The translations under genes and the position numbers were made by a program. Below, piece by piece: positions 20,156 to 30,079 of a stretch of DNA of 64,000 nucleotides; position 1 is the first letter of the stretch; the number at the start of each line of letters is the position of its first letter. This DNA is from Candidatus Moraniibacteriota bacterium (GTDB taxonomy: Bacteria; Patescibacteriota; Minisyncoccia; Moranbacterales; DUUL01). The notes under the pieces were generated by a model. It was given only the letters and a program-made list of their open reading frames with translations. It searched no databases and was not told the DNA's origin. The stretch lies in NCBI GenBank assembly GCA_027008775.1, contig JALVDV010000001.1, positions 73,934 to 137,933 of the forward strand, written 5' to 3'.

Positions 20156-21450
20156 TGAGAAGACATCAGATCAACATTACAAGCATTACCGGACTGAATA
20201 CTAGGGGCCTCTCCTCTGAGGAGGTGAGAGAGGTTGTGGAATGGAAGGAGATAGTCAACGCTGGGCAAATTCCCATAGATTGGAAGCCCAGCTGGGACAG
20301 AGCCGGGCTTGAGGAACTCGTAGACTCCGCAAAGGAGTATTACGAGGAAAGAACGGGATTAATCCTACCACATAACCTCGCGGTTCACGGCCCCTGGGTC
20401 GGTCATCCTAATGGTTACAAATTATATGAGGGTGACCGGTTCGACTCTGCTCCGGCAGAAGAAATGGTCAGCATTGCTGCTCGCTTTGCGAGCTGGCTAA
20501 AAATTATTGCTGACCAGAAATTGGTTGGTCTCCAGCGGTTGCTGGAGAAAAATTTAAGTTCAAGGGGGATGAACTCCCCACGAACAAAAATCGATCCGTA
20601 CCGTTTGCTACGTGTTTGGAGTTCTCCGCACACTGCGGAGAAAATGTTCTGGAAGTCCTATAAAAGGGCGTGGCAGATTCTCAAGCCCTTTGGGCTTGCT
20701 CCAAGCTGGAAAGCTGTTGGGCAGGTTATGACCAATTGGCATTCCTATCGTGTTGGCAAGATGGCATTTATCATTGCTGCTCGGACAGTGAACCAAATTT
20801 TGTCTCTTAAAGTGAACCGGGAATTTACCGGTAAGTCAATCAAAATTTTGGAGAAATCCAGAGGAATCGGTCAATTTGTCAATGATGGTGATTATGCGAT
20901 CTTGGCATGGGCGGTGGATCGAATTGAGACTGGAGAATTTTCTTGTATTCGCGAGGCAATTGCGAATGCAGGTCGGCTGGAATGGGATAAAACAGATGGT
21001 GTCGGTTTATGGATCGACCCGAGCTTAACGAAAGAAATCCACCGTGTAGAAGTTATACACGGATGGGATAGACAAGGATGGTTTTATTTCCTTCTCCGCC
21101 AGAAAGGAACCGGGCGGAGTTACCACTTCAGGCCATGGAAACATACAGCTCGTGAAGCTGTAAAATTCGCCATCGGTGAATGGCACAAACAGGTCAGAGC
21201 GGAGCGCAAAAAACGTAACATCCTTAAGGTTCTTCAGCCGAAGAATGCATCCGTTCTGGTTTGGATCCAGGATTCTCTGGATTCTGGGAATTGTTATATT
21301 GGAACGAGAGCTTGGTCTGAACGCAACGGTTTCAACGGGGCTATGTTTGCCCCTGCGGAGAAACTCCTAAAGTTCGCAGATGATTTGCGTGTCTTCCGGG
21401 TTCTCCAGACGGTGGCCGAAAAGGTTGCTGAGTTGAAACTTAAATATTGA
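20156..21450 (+). CDS. Hypothetical protein, ORFan of visibly higher GC than surrounding genes (431 aa from internal ATG with GGAGAAGGAG RBS)
   Basis: Long ORF; the track start at 19921 has no RBS and lies in non-coding-looking sequence. The ATG at 20156 is preceded by GGAGAAGGAGAAAAA. No RT (YxDD), TnpB or HUH motifs were found. GC-rich codon usage is atypical for this window. Confidence 0.55.
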
Positions 21451-21455
21451 ATCTC

Positions 21456-21502
21456 TCACCCGCCACGCCGGGTGATACAAAAATTTTTTTAGTTCTTTTT
21501 TT
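21456..21502 (+). terminator. Probable terminator after the ORFan
   Basis: TCACCCG-CCACGC-CGGGTGA hairpin followed by TACAAAAATTTTTTTAGTTCTTTTTTT. Confidence 0.45.
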
Positions 21503-21675
21503 AGAAATTTCTAATTTCCTCCGGGGCGTGGACTGTGGGAATAGGTTTCCGGGAGCAAGTTGTGTGGTTTACAACCTCTGCTCCCACCATTTCTTGAAAT
21601 CGGAAAATGATAAAACATTTTGCGGTTTCAAATAGATGGTTTCTTTTTCTACTAGCACGGTCGCAGAAAAATGCC

Positions 21676-21737
21676 GACCTTACACAGACTGACGCAGAAA
21701 GACACAGACACACACGGAACCAATAAAATAAACAAAC
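21676..21737. repeat. Direct-repeat block CACGGTCGCAGAAAAATGCCGACC...GACGCAGAAAGACACAGACACACACGG (right copy)
   Basis: See 19839-19880; same CGGTCGCAGAAA core and CGCAGA/CACAGAC reiterations. Confidence 0.5.
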
Positions 21738-21884
21738 TAAAAAATTAACAAATCAAATCGCTACAAGCTCGCAGGGCAGAAAAGGTGGTGAGCAAATTCT
21801 TTATCTCTCTCCAAGAATAATTCACTTATGCCTTTTGCTTATTACCCTGCGAACTTGTGGCGATTTCTTAATCCAGCGAGAATT

Positions 21885-21904
21885 CCCCGCCTGTAAGGGC
21901 GGGG
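21885..21904. repeat. Solo GC-rich hairpin CCCCGCC-TGTAAG-GGCGGGG (REP-like, or tnpA-less derivative of the IS200-like element at 53.5 kb)
   Basis: Exact reverse complement of the hairpins at 53533-53552 and 54028-54047. Its flanks (ATAGATAC on one side, ARTTCTCGCTG on the other, after reverse-complementing) match the outer flanks of the left and right hairpins of that element. Confidence 0.7.
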
Positions 21905-21996
21905 GTATCTATTTCAACCAGACAAATCCCTTTTGTGAAAATGATGCCCAACACCAAAAACTTTTTCTCTCGCCAAGACAAAACCGGCGCAACTCT

Positions 21997-22032
21997 TGAC
22001 AAATTTTCTATTTTCCTTAATATAAAAACCTG
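21997..22032 (+). promoter_or_regulatory. Promoter upstream of RND adaptor gene (TTGACA-N17-TAATAT)
   Basis: CTCTTGACAAATTTTCTATTTTCCTTAATATAAAAACC. Confidence 0.45.
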
Positions 22033-22122
22033 TTGCTTACGGGAAAAACAAGCTTAATTAGAGAAAAATTAAACCAACAAAATCCCTCTGACAGATCAAA
22101 AAAATTAATTTTTTACAATAAA

Positions 22123-23316
22123 ATGAATAATAAAAAAAGAAATTTTTTAATCATTATCGGTATCCTATTTATCATTGGCGGAGCAACTTGGGCTCATCGC
22201 CATAATTTATCCCAAACGGAAAAAGCGGCAGACAATAATCCGCGCAAAGTTAAAGTGGTTTCCGTTAGCTCTCAATACAAGGGCTTTGTTCCTTTGGAAG
22301 GAATCATCAAAGGAAAAAATGAAATTTATTTGGCCCCCAAGGCTCAAGGCCGAATTGTAAAAATATACAAAGAAATGGGAGAAAGGGTTTGGCGTGGACA
22401 ACTCCTGGCTCTAATAGACGGTCGGGAAACTTGGGCGCAAACACAAATTGCTCAAGCCGGCTACAACCTGGCTAAACGTTCCAGCAAAAAAACCAGAAAA
22501 TATTTTGACAAACAAGTCTCTCAAGCCAAAAAAGCCAAAGAATTAGCCAAAGAATCTTACGAAAATGCCAAAGCTAGCGGTGATCCGGAAAAAATCGCCC
22601 AAGCCAAGTATAACTACGAAATGGCTCGCAAACAGTTGGAGGTGGCCGAAAAAGGGCGCGATTTGCAAAAAACTATTGCCAAAGGCAAAAAGGAAGTGGC
22701 CAATCAACAACTTATAGCCAGCCAAATCGTAGCCGAGAGCAATAGAGTGCGAGCGCCTTTCAGCGGTATCATCGCTCAAGTAAAAGTGGAGAAGGGTGAT
22801 TTGGTTTCACCGGAACGACCTCTTTTTCTCCTGGTGGATGATTCCGCTTGGGAAATAAAAATATCGGTCCCGACGGAAATCATTTCTCAAATCAAGGTTG
22901 GCCAAAAGTTGAAAATAATCGGCTCTGACGGTCAAGAAACCTTCGGTCTGATTAAAGCCATCAGCCCCATGGTGGATACCTACAGTCGTAAATCGTTAAT
23001 CAAAATCAGTCTAAAGCCGAGCGATGGTTTCCGCTTAGGAGAATACGTCAAAGTTCTGGTACCAACCGCCAGTCAAGAAAACCTATTGATTATTCCTCGT
23101 CAAGCTCTATTGCAGGAATATCTTGATAATTTCATTTTCACTGTTGAAAACGGCCTAGCCAAAAAAATTCCGGTGGAAGTGGTACAAGACTTTGGCAAGC
23201 AAATCGGAGTCAAGATCAAAGATGAAGAAAACAACATCGACCTTTCCAATGTAGTTGTTAACGGACAATGGGAAATCGGCGACGGAGAGAAAGTGGAAAT
23301 CATAAAGGATAAATAA
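22123..23316 (+). CDS. Efflux RND transporter periplasmic adaptor subunit (membrane fusion protein, HlyD-like)
   Basis: N-terminal TM, lipoyl/barrel motif RVRAPFSGIIAQVKVEKGDLVS, coiled-coil region, and position immediately upstream of an RND permease. Start at internal ATG 22123 (MNNKKRNFLIIIGILF). Confidence 0.8.
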   Translation: MNNKKRNFLIIIGILFIIGGATWAHRHNLSQTEKAADNNPRKVKVVSVSSQYKGFVPLEGIIKGKNEIYLAPKAQGRIVKIYKEMGERVWRGQLLALIDGRETWAQTQIAQAGYNLAKRSSKKTRKYFDKQVSQAKKAKELAKESYENAKASGDPEKIAQAKYNYEMARKQLEVAEKGRDLQKTIAKGKKEVANQQLIASQIVAESNRVRAPFSGIIAQVKVEKGDLVSPERPLFLLVDDSAWEIKISVPTEIISQIKVGQKLKIIGSDGQETFGLIKAISPMVDTYSRKSLIKISLKPSDGFRLGEYVKVLVPTASQENLLIIPRQALLQEYLDNFIFTVENGLAKKIPVEVVQDFGKQIGVKIKDEENNIDLSNVVVNGQWEIGDGEKVEIIKDK

Positions 23317-23320
23317 AACT

Positions 23321-26300
23321 ATGTCAGAAGAAAAGAAAACGAACAAGCAGAATTTCTTTGCGCAAATAGCCACCCTGTTTATCCGTCACAAGGAGCTCGG
23401 CTTTTTAACTTTCATAGGTATCTTCCTTTGGGGATTGTTTTCTTTTGTTATTATGCCCAAACAATATAACCCCGACATCACCGCGCCCGCTTTCCAAATA
23501 GTAACCGAGTTTCCCGGCGCTACCAGTGAGGAAGTTTATCGCCTCATTACCAAGAGAATGGAAGATCGTCTCAAAGAAATCCCCACGGTGGACAAAGTTA
23601 TGTCCCAGTCTTTTGACGGTGGAGCCAGTGTGGTCATCGTTCAATTTTACATTGGTGAAGATTTGGAAAAAGCCAAAATCACTCTCATTGACAAACTGCG
23701 CAGTAATATGAGTGACAAACCTTTCGGCGCCAAAGACCCTCAAATCAAAGCCATTGATCCCGACGATGTTCCCATCATCACTTTAGCTCTGACCAGTCCA
23801 ACCTTATCGCCGGCTTCATTGCGGACTCTGGCCGACGACCTGGTTGATGAATTTAAAAAGGTTAAGGGTACTTCAGTTCTTTCTGTTATCGGCGGCAAGA
23901 AAAAAGAACTGCGAGTTAATCTGCATCCGACCCAATTGGCGCAAAATAATCTAACTGTCCAAAGAATAATTGACACCATCAGAGGAAACAATATGTATGT
24001 CTTGGCCGGCAACCTCACCGACAAAGATAACAATTTCAAGGTCATAATTGACGGACTCTTAAAAACCAAAACCGACCTGGAAAACATTGTTATCAAGCAA
24101 GAAGGGGACAGTGTTATTTACCTGAAAGATTTAGCCGACATCAAGTTGGCCGACGAAGATACCAAGTCAGCCACTTATTTTTGGCAAAAAGGTCAGAAAG
24201 AGGAACCGGCCGTCTATCTGGCTATTTCCAAACTTAAAGGAACCAATGCCACCAAGATCAGCCAGGCCGTCAAAAAGAAAATTAAAGAATTGCAAAGACG
24301 TCAAATTATCCCCGCCGATGTCCAAATTAAAACCGTCAGAGATGAAGGGCAGGTGGCTCAGGAAGCTACCATGACCTTAACCTACAATCTCTTTAGCGCC
24401 ATTGTCATAGTGGCCGCGATTCTGCTAATGTTCCTTGGCTGGAAAAGCGCCCTGATTGTCCTCATTTCCATCCCCCTTACCCTGGCCATGGTTTTTGGTA
24501 TCGGCAACTTGGCTCACCAAAATATCAATCGTATTACGCTTTTTGCCCTTATTCTCTCCCTGGGAATGCTGGTTGACGCCGCTATCGTGGTGGTGGAAAA
24601 TATTTTCCGGCTTTTCCGTGAAAATCCGGGAAAGAATCGTGTTCGCCTGATTGCCAGCGCCGTCAGTGAAGTCGGTCCCGGCCTGGTTCTCAGTACCACC
24701 ACCGTTACCTTGGCTTTCATTCCGATGGCCTTTGTCACCGGCATGATGGGACCTTATATGCGTCCCATTCCTTTCTTTGTTCCTTTGACATTGATTTCCT
24801 CCTTGCTTATCGCCTTGTTTATAATTCCTTACCTTCTCTACAATCTCTCGGGTAAAAAAGGAAACAACTCCAACCAATCATCTGAAGTCAAAACAACCAA
24901 AGATAATCGCTTTTTAGCTTTCGTTTCCAAATTAAAAAATTCTTATGCCCGTTTTCTACATTATCTTCTCAATCATCGTCCGGCCCGTCGCGCGCTAATG
25001 TTCACAGTCGTCATTTTATTGTTTGTTTCTCTCTCCTTACCCTTGCTGAAAATAGTAAAATTTCGTATGCTACCCAAGGCTGACAAAGAACAATTCTTTA
25101 TTTACCTTGACTTCCCCCAATACACCACCTTGGAAAAAACAGAAAAAGCCGTCCGGTTAGCGGAAAATTTTCTCCAAGAAAACCCTCAAGTGGTTAGTGT
25201 ACAAAGCTATATCGGCACACCACCGGTGGTTGACTTCAACGGTCTTTTCAAAGGTTCCGACGGTCGTCGCCAAGAAAATCAAGCCACTTTAAAAGTCAAC
25301 CTGGTCCACCACAAGAAAAGAAATATCACTTCCGAAGAAATCGTCAGTCAAATCAGAAAACCTCTTCTGGAAAAATTGTCAATCTTTCCCGACCTGAAAG
25401 TTAAATTGATAGAGGATCCTCCGGGCCCACCCGTTCTTTCAACTTACCTCTTAAAAATCAGCGCCAAAGATGAGAAAGTTTTAAACTCCGCCACCAACCG
25501 ATTAAAAAAATTCACCAAAAATATTGATGGCTTGGTGGACACCGACACCACCCAAAACGAAATCACTGCCAACTACATTCTAAAAGTTAAAAAAGAAGAA
25601 GCTTCCCGTTCCGGATTGAGCGTTTACCAGATAGCTACCACTCTACGCACCCTCCTACACGGAGAAAAAGTGGCTATGTATCACCAAACGGAAAAATCAG
25701 TCTGGCCAAAAGCCGAGCAGGAATTTATTGTCGTCCATTCTGACAAAAAAAATCGCGACGATAAATACGATCTGGACAATATTTATCTCACCAATCTTTT
25801 CGGGCAATCCATTCCTTTGTCCAGTGTGGTGGAGTACACTCAAGAAAAAATGATTCCCGTCATTTATTCCGATGACAGGGAACGAACCGAATATATTTAC
25901 GGAGAAATGGACAAGAAGAGCGTTATCTACGCTATGCTTGACACTCTCAAATATCTCCTTAAGGACTACCGTCCTTTCGGCGCCGACACCAAAATCGCCC
26001 ATTGGAATCCTCTAAAAGTCGTTTACGAAAATCAAAAGACCCATCAACAAGTCAGCGTTCGTTTGGGCGGAGAATGGAAATTGACCCTAGAGGTTTTCCG
26101 AGATTTGGGTATTGCCATGGCCGTCGCTTTGGTAATGATTTATTTTGTCCTGGTGGCGCGTTTTCGCTCCCTAAGAATTCCCTTGCTTATTATGGGCACT
26201 ATTCCTTTTTCCTTTATCGGAGTTATGCCCGGCTTCGCTCTCTTGGGTTGGACCAAAGGAGTTTACTTTAATGCCACCAGTATGATTGGCGTTATCGCTC

Positions 26301-26611
26301 TCTCCGGCATCGTGGTAAACAACGCCATTATGCTCTTGGAATATCTTAACCAATTAAAATCAGAAGGCTTAGGCTTGCAAGAAGCAATCATTAAAGCCGG
26401 TCGCACCAGACTACTGCCAATTATGCTCACTTCCCTGACAACCATTTTCGGTTCTCTGACAATCATTTCCGATCCCGTTTGGGAAGGACTGGCTTGGTCA
26501 ATTGTCTTCGGACTTTCTCTGGCCGCCTTTTTGACACTGATTCTTTTCCCTATAATGTACAACCATTTTGAAAAGAAAAAGTGGCCGGCAGAAAATGAAA
26601 ACGTTGCCTAA
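23321..26611 (+). CDS. Efflux RND transporter permease (AcrB/HAE1-like)
   Basis: 1096 aa with 12-TM architecture, two large periplasmic loops, and the conserved motifs GMLVDAAIVVVEN and SGIVVNNAIMLLEY. Confidence 0.9.
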   Translation: MSEEKKTNKQNFFAQIATLFIRHKELGFLTFIGIFLWGLFSFVIMPKQYNPDITAPAFQIVTEFPGATSEEVYRLITKRMEDRLKEIPTVDKVMSQSFDGGASVVIVQFYIGEDLEKAKITLIDKLRSNMSDKPFGAKDPQIKAIDPDDVPIITLALTSPTLSPASLRTLADDLVDEFKKVKGTSVLSVIGGKKKELRVNLHPTQLAQNNLTVQRIIDTIRGNNMYVLAGNLTDKDNNFKVIIDGLLKTKTDLENIVIKQEGDSVIYLKDLADIKLADEDTKSATYFWQKGQKEEPAVYLAISKLKGTNATKISQAVKKKIKELQRRQIIPADVQIKTVRDEGQVAQEATMTLTYNLFSAIVIVAAILLMFLGWKSALIVLISIPLTLAMVFGIGNLAHQNINRITLFALILSLGMLVDAAIVVVENIFRLFRENPGKNRVRLIASAVSEVGPGLVLSTTTVTLAFIPMAFVTGMMGPYMRPIPFFVPLTLISSLLIALFIIPYLLYNLSGKKGNNSNQSSEVKTTKDNRFLAFVSKLKNSYARFLHYLLNHRPARRALMFTVVILLFVSLSLPLLKIVKFRMLPKADKEQFFIYLDFPQYTTLEKTEKAVRLAENFLQENPQVVSVQSYIGTPPVVDFNGLFKGSDGRRQENQATLKVNLVHHKKRNITSEEIVSQIRKPLLEKLSIFPDLKVKLIEDPPGPPVLSTYLLKISAKDEKVLNSATNRLKKFTKNIDGLVDTDTTQNEITANYILKVKKEEASRSGLSVYQIATTLRTLLHGEKVAMYHQTEKSVWPKAEQEFIVVHSDKKNRDDKYDLDNIYLTNLFGQSIPLSSVVEYTQEKMIPVIYSDDRERTEYIYGEMDKKSVIYAMLDTLKYLLKDYRPFGADTKIAHWNPLKVVYENQKTHQQVSVRLGGEWKLTLEVFRDLGIAMAVALVMIYFVLVARFRSLRIPLLIMGTIPFSFIGVMPGFALLGWTKGVYFNATSMIGVIALSGIVVNNAIMLLEYLNQLKSEGLGLQEAIIKAGRTRLLPIMLTSLTTIFGSLTIISDPVWEGLAWSIVFGLSLAAFLTLILFPIMYNHFEKKKWPAENENVA

Positions 26612-26673
26612 ATTTGCTTTGGAAAAATTTTTGTTATAAAATAAGCAACGTAACAAATTATTTTTAAACACCA

Positions 26674-27000
26674 ATGTTTGAAATTTATCAAGACAAGAAG
26701 GGGGAATTTCGCTTTAGATTGTTGGCTGCCAACGGCGAAACTATTCTCTCCTCGGAGGGATACAAAACAAAGGCGGCCTGCAAAAACGGCATTGCCTCTG
26801 TTATTAAAAACAGTCAAGACAAAGAATTGTTTGAAGTTAGAGAGGCTAAAAACGGAAAAAGTCATTTCGTTTTAAAAGCCAGAAACAATCAAGTCATCGG
26901 CCAAAGTCAAATGTACGCCAGCAAAAGGGGGGCTAGCTGTGGCATCCGTTCCGTAATGAACAACGCCAAGAAAAAAGAAATAAAAGATTTGACAAAATAA
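26674..27000 (+). CDS. DUF1508 / YegP-family protein (tandem UPF0339 repeats)
   Basis: Two repeats of the FE.Y.DKKGE.RFRL.A.NGE.I..SEGY..K..C.NGI.SV motif (MFEIYQDKKGEFRFRLLAANGETILSSEGYKTKAACKNGIASV and HFVLKARNNQVIGQSQMYASKRGASCGIRSV). Confidence 0.7.
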   Translation: MFEIYQDKKGEFRFRLLAANGETILSSEGYKTKAACKNGIASVIKNSQDKELFEVREAKNGKSHFVLKARNNQVIGQSQMYASKRGASCGIRSVMNNAKKKEIKDLTK

Positions 27001-27053
27001 ATCACCCCTGGCGATCGCAATTTTCCGTTAACTTGAACCAAATTAAATTGAAA

Positions 27054-27090
27054 AGACCGCCGGCTGACCAGCCGGCGGTCTTTCTGTATT
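27054..27090. terminator. Bidirectional terminator between convergent genes
   Basis: Perfect 13-bp stem AGACCGCCGGCTG/CAGCCGGCGGTCT with a 2-nt loop, flanked by T-runs on both strands. Confidence 0.7.
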
Positions 27091-27119
27091 CGCCCAAAAA
27101 GTAACAACCATTGTAAAAC

Positions 27120-27650
27120 CTACTTAGTCTCCGGAAATACTCTCAAAGCGTCATTAAAGCGATTGATAAAATTAAACAAACCAACCACTGCCGTAATCTC
27201 CACTAATTGTTGATCACTAAAATTTTCTTTCATTTTTAATATCAATTCATCATCAATTTTGTAAGCCTCATCGTTGACCGCCTTGGCATACTCTATAGCC
27301 AATAATTCTTTTTCATCGGAAACAGCATCCAGTTTATCCAAATCATCACCTGTCAATCCCAAAGCTTTTAGTTGCATTTTGGAAACACTGACGCAATACT
27401 CACACTTGTTCAAATCGGAAACCACCAAAGCGATTTTCCATTTTAAAATTTTATCCGTTGGCGCATCATCCATCAGCGATTTAAAAAGACTGAAAAAGCC
27501 AACCAGAGTATCTTCGCAATTGGCCATTACCCGCATCCACTTGGGAACTTTCCCGGTTTTAGTCTTCATCATCTCAAAAATTTCCCTGGCTTTTCCGGAA
27601 ACTTCATCTTCGCCAACGACCTTCACCACCGGCGCTTTTAATTCTTCCAT
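27120..27650 (-). CDS. Carboxymuconolactone decarboxylase family protein (AhpD-like)
   Basis: CEYCVSVS (CxxC of the AhpD/CMD fold) and typical length; tandem CMD-like halves. Confidence 0.7.
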   Translation of the reverse strand: MEELKAPVVKVVGEDEVSGKAREIFEMMKTKTGKVPKWMRVMANCEDTLVGFFSLFKSLMDDAPTDKILKWKIALVVSDLNKCEYCVSVSKMQLKALGLTGDDLDKLDAVSDEKELLAIEYAKAVNDEAYKIDDELILKMKENFSDQQLVEITAVVGLFNFINRFNDALRVFPETK

Positions 27651-27727
27651 TTGATTTTTGTTTACTTATTAAACTCTGCAACTCATTTAGGACTACTCTC
27701 TTAAATCCTTTGTCCGCCAAGCTTTCT

Positions 27728-27806
27728 GGATGTTATTTTCGAACGCATGTTTGGTTCCTTTTTTAAAATTAACAAAGCGTCAGACATCAGGTGGAAAATA
27801 ACATCC
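27728..27806 (-). promoter_or_regulatory. 13-bp inverted repeat (GGATGTTATTTTC ... GAAAATAACATCC) in the 5' leader of the CMD-family gene
   Basis: Exact reverse-complement arms separated by 53 nt, 80-160 nt upstream of the minus-strand start at 27650. Confidence 0.35.
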
Positions 27807-28148
27807 GGAAAACTTGACTAAACATTGAAAGGAGAAAACCCTAGATGAGTTCCTACTTTTTTATTATAACACAACAAAGAATAAATTTCCAAAAAACAAA
27901 ACATTTTATTAATCACCAAATTACCGGTGTCGATTGCAAATAAAAATGTCATACTTCATTACCAAATTAAAATGTCATACCCGGAGAAAAAGTTAAAAAA
28001 CCAAAAATAAAACATGTTCCACACAATAGATACGCGCCACACGCCAAAATAAAAAACAAACCTCTTAAGCCGACAACCGCCTCATTAACCAACGAGCCCG
28101 GACAAACAAAATCCCATTCTCAAAAAACCTCTCACAACACTAAAACGT

Positions 28149-28176
28149 ATTATGATATTATCAATAATATCATAAT
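28149..28176. repeat. 28-bp palindromic repeat ATTATGATATTAT-CA-ATAATATCATAAT, copy 1
   Basis: 13-nt arms are exact reverse complements around a 2-nt centre. One of 4 exact copies in the window. Confidence 0.85.
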
Positions 28177-28204
28177 AAAAGCTTCAACAACAGCAGGATT
28201 GGGT

Positions 28205-28232
28205 ATTATGATATTATTGATAATATCATAAT
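28205..28232. repeat. 28-bp palindromic repeat, copy 2 (opposite orientation, centre TG)
   Basis: ATTATGATATTATTGATAATATCATAAT, 28 bp after copy 1, ~210 bp upstream of ruvA. Confidence 0.85.
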
Positions 28233-28444
28233 GGGAGCATAACAGAAGATGATAGCGGAGAAATAAAAAGGATTGAAAAATTACAAAAAAGTTTGGATCC
28301 TCAATTGCTTGCTCACAATAAAATTTACAATAGAAAGTTGAGAAATAGTGACAATCATTTACTAAACAAAATACAACAAAGATTGAGTTAGCTAACAATT
28401 TATGCTATCATCCTAACATCAAGAAATTAATTCCGACAACTACA

Positions 28445-29023
28445 ATGATTGGAAAATTAACCGGAAAAATTGACGAATTATCAAACACTTCAGTAATTTT
28501 AGACGTCAACGGCGTCGGTTACCAGGTTCTTCTAAACGAAAACACCCTCAATAAACTTTCCGCTACAGGGGAGGGAGGAACAATCAGTCTGTTTATTCAC
28601 ACCGATGTTCGCGAAGACCACATTCAACTCTTCGGTTTTTTGGACCCCGCCGAATTAAAAATTTTTAAACTCTTACTAACCGTTTCCGGCATCGGTCCCA
28701 AAGCCGCCCTTGGCATCCTCAATGTCGCCTCCGCCGGCACCATCAAAAATGCCATCTTTCAACAAGACCACAACCTTCTCACTCAAGTACCAGGCATCGG
28801 CAAAAAAACCGCCGAACGGGTTTGCTTGGAACTGAACAACAAAATAGACAATCTGGAAATCAAAGATGAACCGGCCACCCAAACAAACCGCGAAGTGGTT
28901 GATGCTTTGGTGGCCATGGGCTATTCCGTCAGAGAAGCTCATCAAGCCTTAAAACTCCTTCCTCCGGAGATAACTGATGAAGCGGAAATGATAAAACTGG
29001 CTCTGAAAAATATGAATAAATAA
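28445..29023 (+). CDS. ruvA: Holliday junction DNA helicase RuvA
   Basis: MIGKLTGKI...VILDVNGVGYQV...LLTVSGIGPKAALGIL...QVPGIGKKTAERV, the canonical RuvA domains. Confidence 0.9.
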   Translation: MIGKLTGKIDELSNTSVILDVNGVGYQVLLNENTLNKLSATGEGGTISLFIHTDVREDHIQLFGFLDPAELKIFKLLLTVSGIGPKAALGILNVASAGTIKNAIFQQDHNLLTQVPGIGKKTAERVCLELNNKIDNLEIKDEPATQTNREVVDALVAMGYSVREAHQALKLLPPEITDEAEMIKLALKNMNK

Positions 29024-29031
29024 CTTACCAC

Positions 29032-30078
29032 TTGATATCAATGATAGCAAAAGACGGCGGTTTTCTACAATCAAAATGTTGGGATTGTTTTCAGCAAGCA
29101 CTGGGACGTAAAACAATCTACGTTGTAAAAGATGGCTTCAAATTTTTAGCTATCAAGCAAAATCTACCTTTAAAGCTGAACTATTTTCTAATCCCTCGCG
29201 GTCCGATTTTTAAAAAAAATCCAACTAACACAACCACTGCTCTCTCTTTCTTAGAATCTATTTTCAAAGTAGCTCAAAAAGAAAAAATTCCTTGGATAAA
29301 ATTTGAACCGCAAAAATCTTCCGACCTAAAAACAATCAAAAAAGCTCTCCAACTCTACAATCAACAACAAGGAACCGACTACTTTATCAAAAAATCCACT
29401 AAAGAACACCAACCGCGACAAACCGTTTTCGTTAACCTTCAACAAAAAAATCTGCTTTCAACCTTCAAATCAAAAACTCGTTACAATATTCGCCTTAGCC
29501 AACGCAAAGGCGTGCAAGTTTTTCAGGCTCGGCAACAAAAAGACATTAAGCAATTTTTGCAATTACTGCAAGAAACCGCTCATCGCAATCAAATTAAAAA
29601 TCATCCTTCCGTCTATTACCGCGCAATGATTGAAACGGGAACAAAAGGTTGCCGTGACAAAAAGGGTGGGAAAGCTTGCCAAAACAAAATTCGTCTTTAT
29701 CTGGCGCGACAGCAAAATGATATCCTGGCCGGAGCCATCGTTTCCTTTTCCAGCCAAGTAGCCACCTATCTACACGGCGCCTCCTCTAATCAGAAAAGAA
29801 ATCTAATGGCTCCCTTTGCCCTACACTGGCATATAATCCGGGAGGCTCAAGAAAAAGGTTATCGCTATTATGACTTGGGTGGAGTCAAAGCTTTTTATTC
29901 TCGGAACAAGCTGCAACCGGAACAAGGAGGTTGGTTTGGTCTAACCAGATTTAAACTGGGCTTCTGCCCGCAGGGACCGCTGATTGAGTTTCCCGGCGGT
30001 TACAATTTGGTTTTAAACAAAACGAAATACAATTTCTATCGCCTCGCGCAAAGCTTAAAAAATAAATTTCCTTTCTAA
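29032..30078 (+). CDS. FemAB-family peptidyl/aminoacyl transferase (peptidoglycan interpeptide bridge formation)
   Basis: 348 aa with FemABX-like features (KCWDCFQQALG...FLIPRGPIF...LYLARQQNDILAGAIVSF...YYDLGGV). Adjacent to a Mur ligase. Confidence 0.6.
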   Translation: MISMIAKDGGFLQSKCWDCFQQALGRKTIYVVKDGFKFLAIKQNLPLKLNYFLIPRGPIFKKNPTNTTTALSFLESIFKVAQKEKIPWIKFEPQKSSDLKTIKKALQLYNQQQGTDYFIKKSTKEHQPRQTVFVNLQQKNLLSTFKSKTRYNIRLSQRKGVQVFQARQQKDIKQFLQLLQETAHRNQIKNHPSVYYRAMIETGTKGCRDKKGGKACQNKIRLYLARQQNDILAGAIVSFSSQVATYLHGASSNQKRNLMAPFALHWHIIREAQEKGYRYYDLGGVKAFYSRNKLQPEQGGWFGLTRFKLGFCPQGPLIEFPGGYNLVLNKTKYNFYRLAQSLKNKFPF

Positions 30079-30079
30079 A

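Noticed and set aside
20156-21450. Idea that the GC-rich ORF is a reverse transcriptase (group II intron or retron), an RNA-dependent polymerase, or a TnpB/IscB nuclease
   Set aside because: No YxDD/YADD motif, no RuvC-like D..E..D triad with a C-terminal zinc finger, and no HUH motif. A DGD tripeptide alone is not diagnostic. Left as an ORFan.
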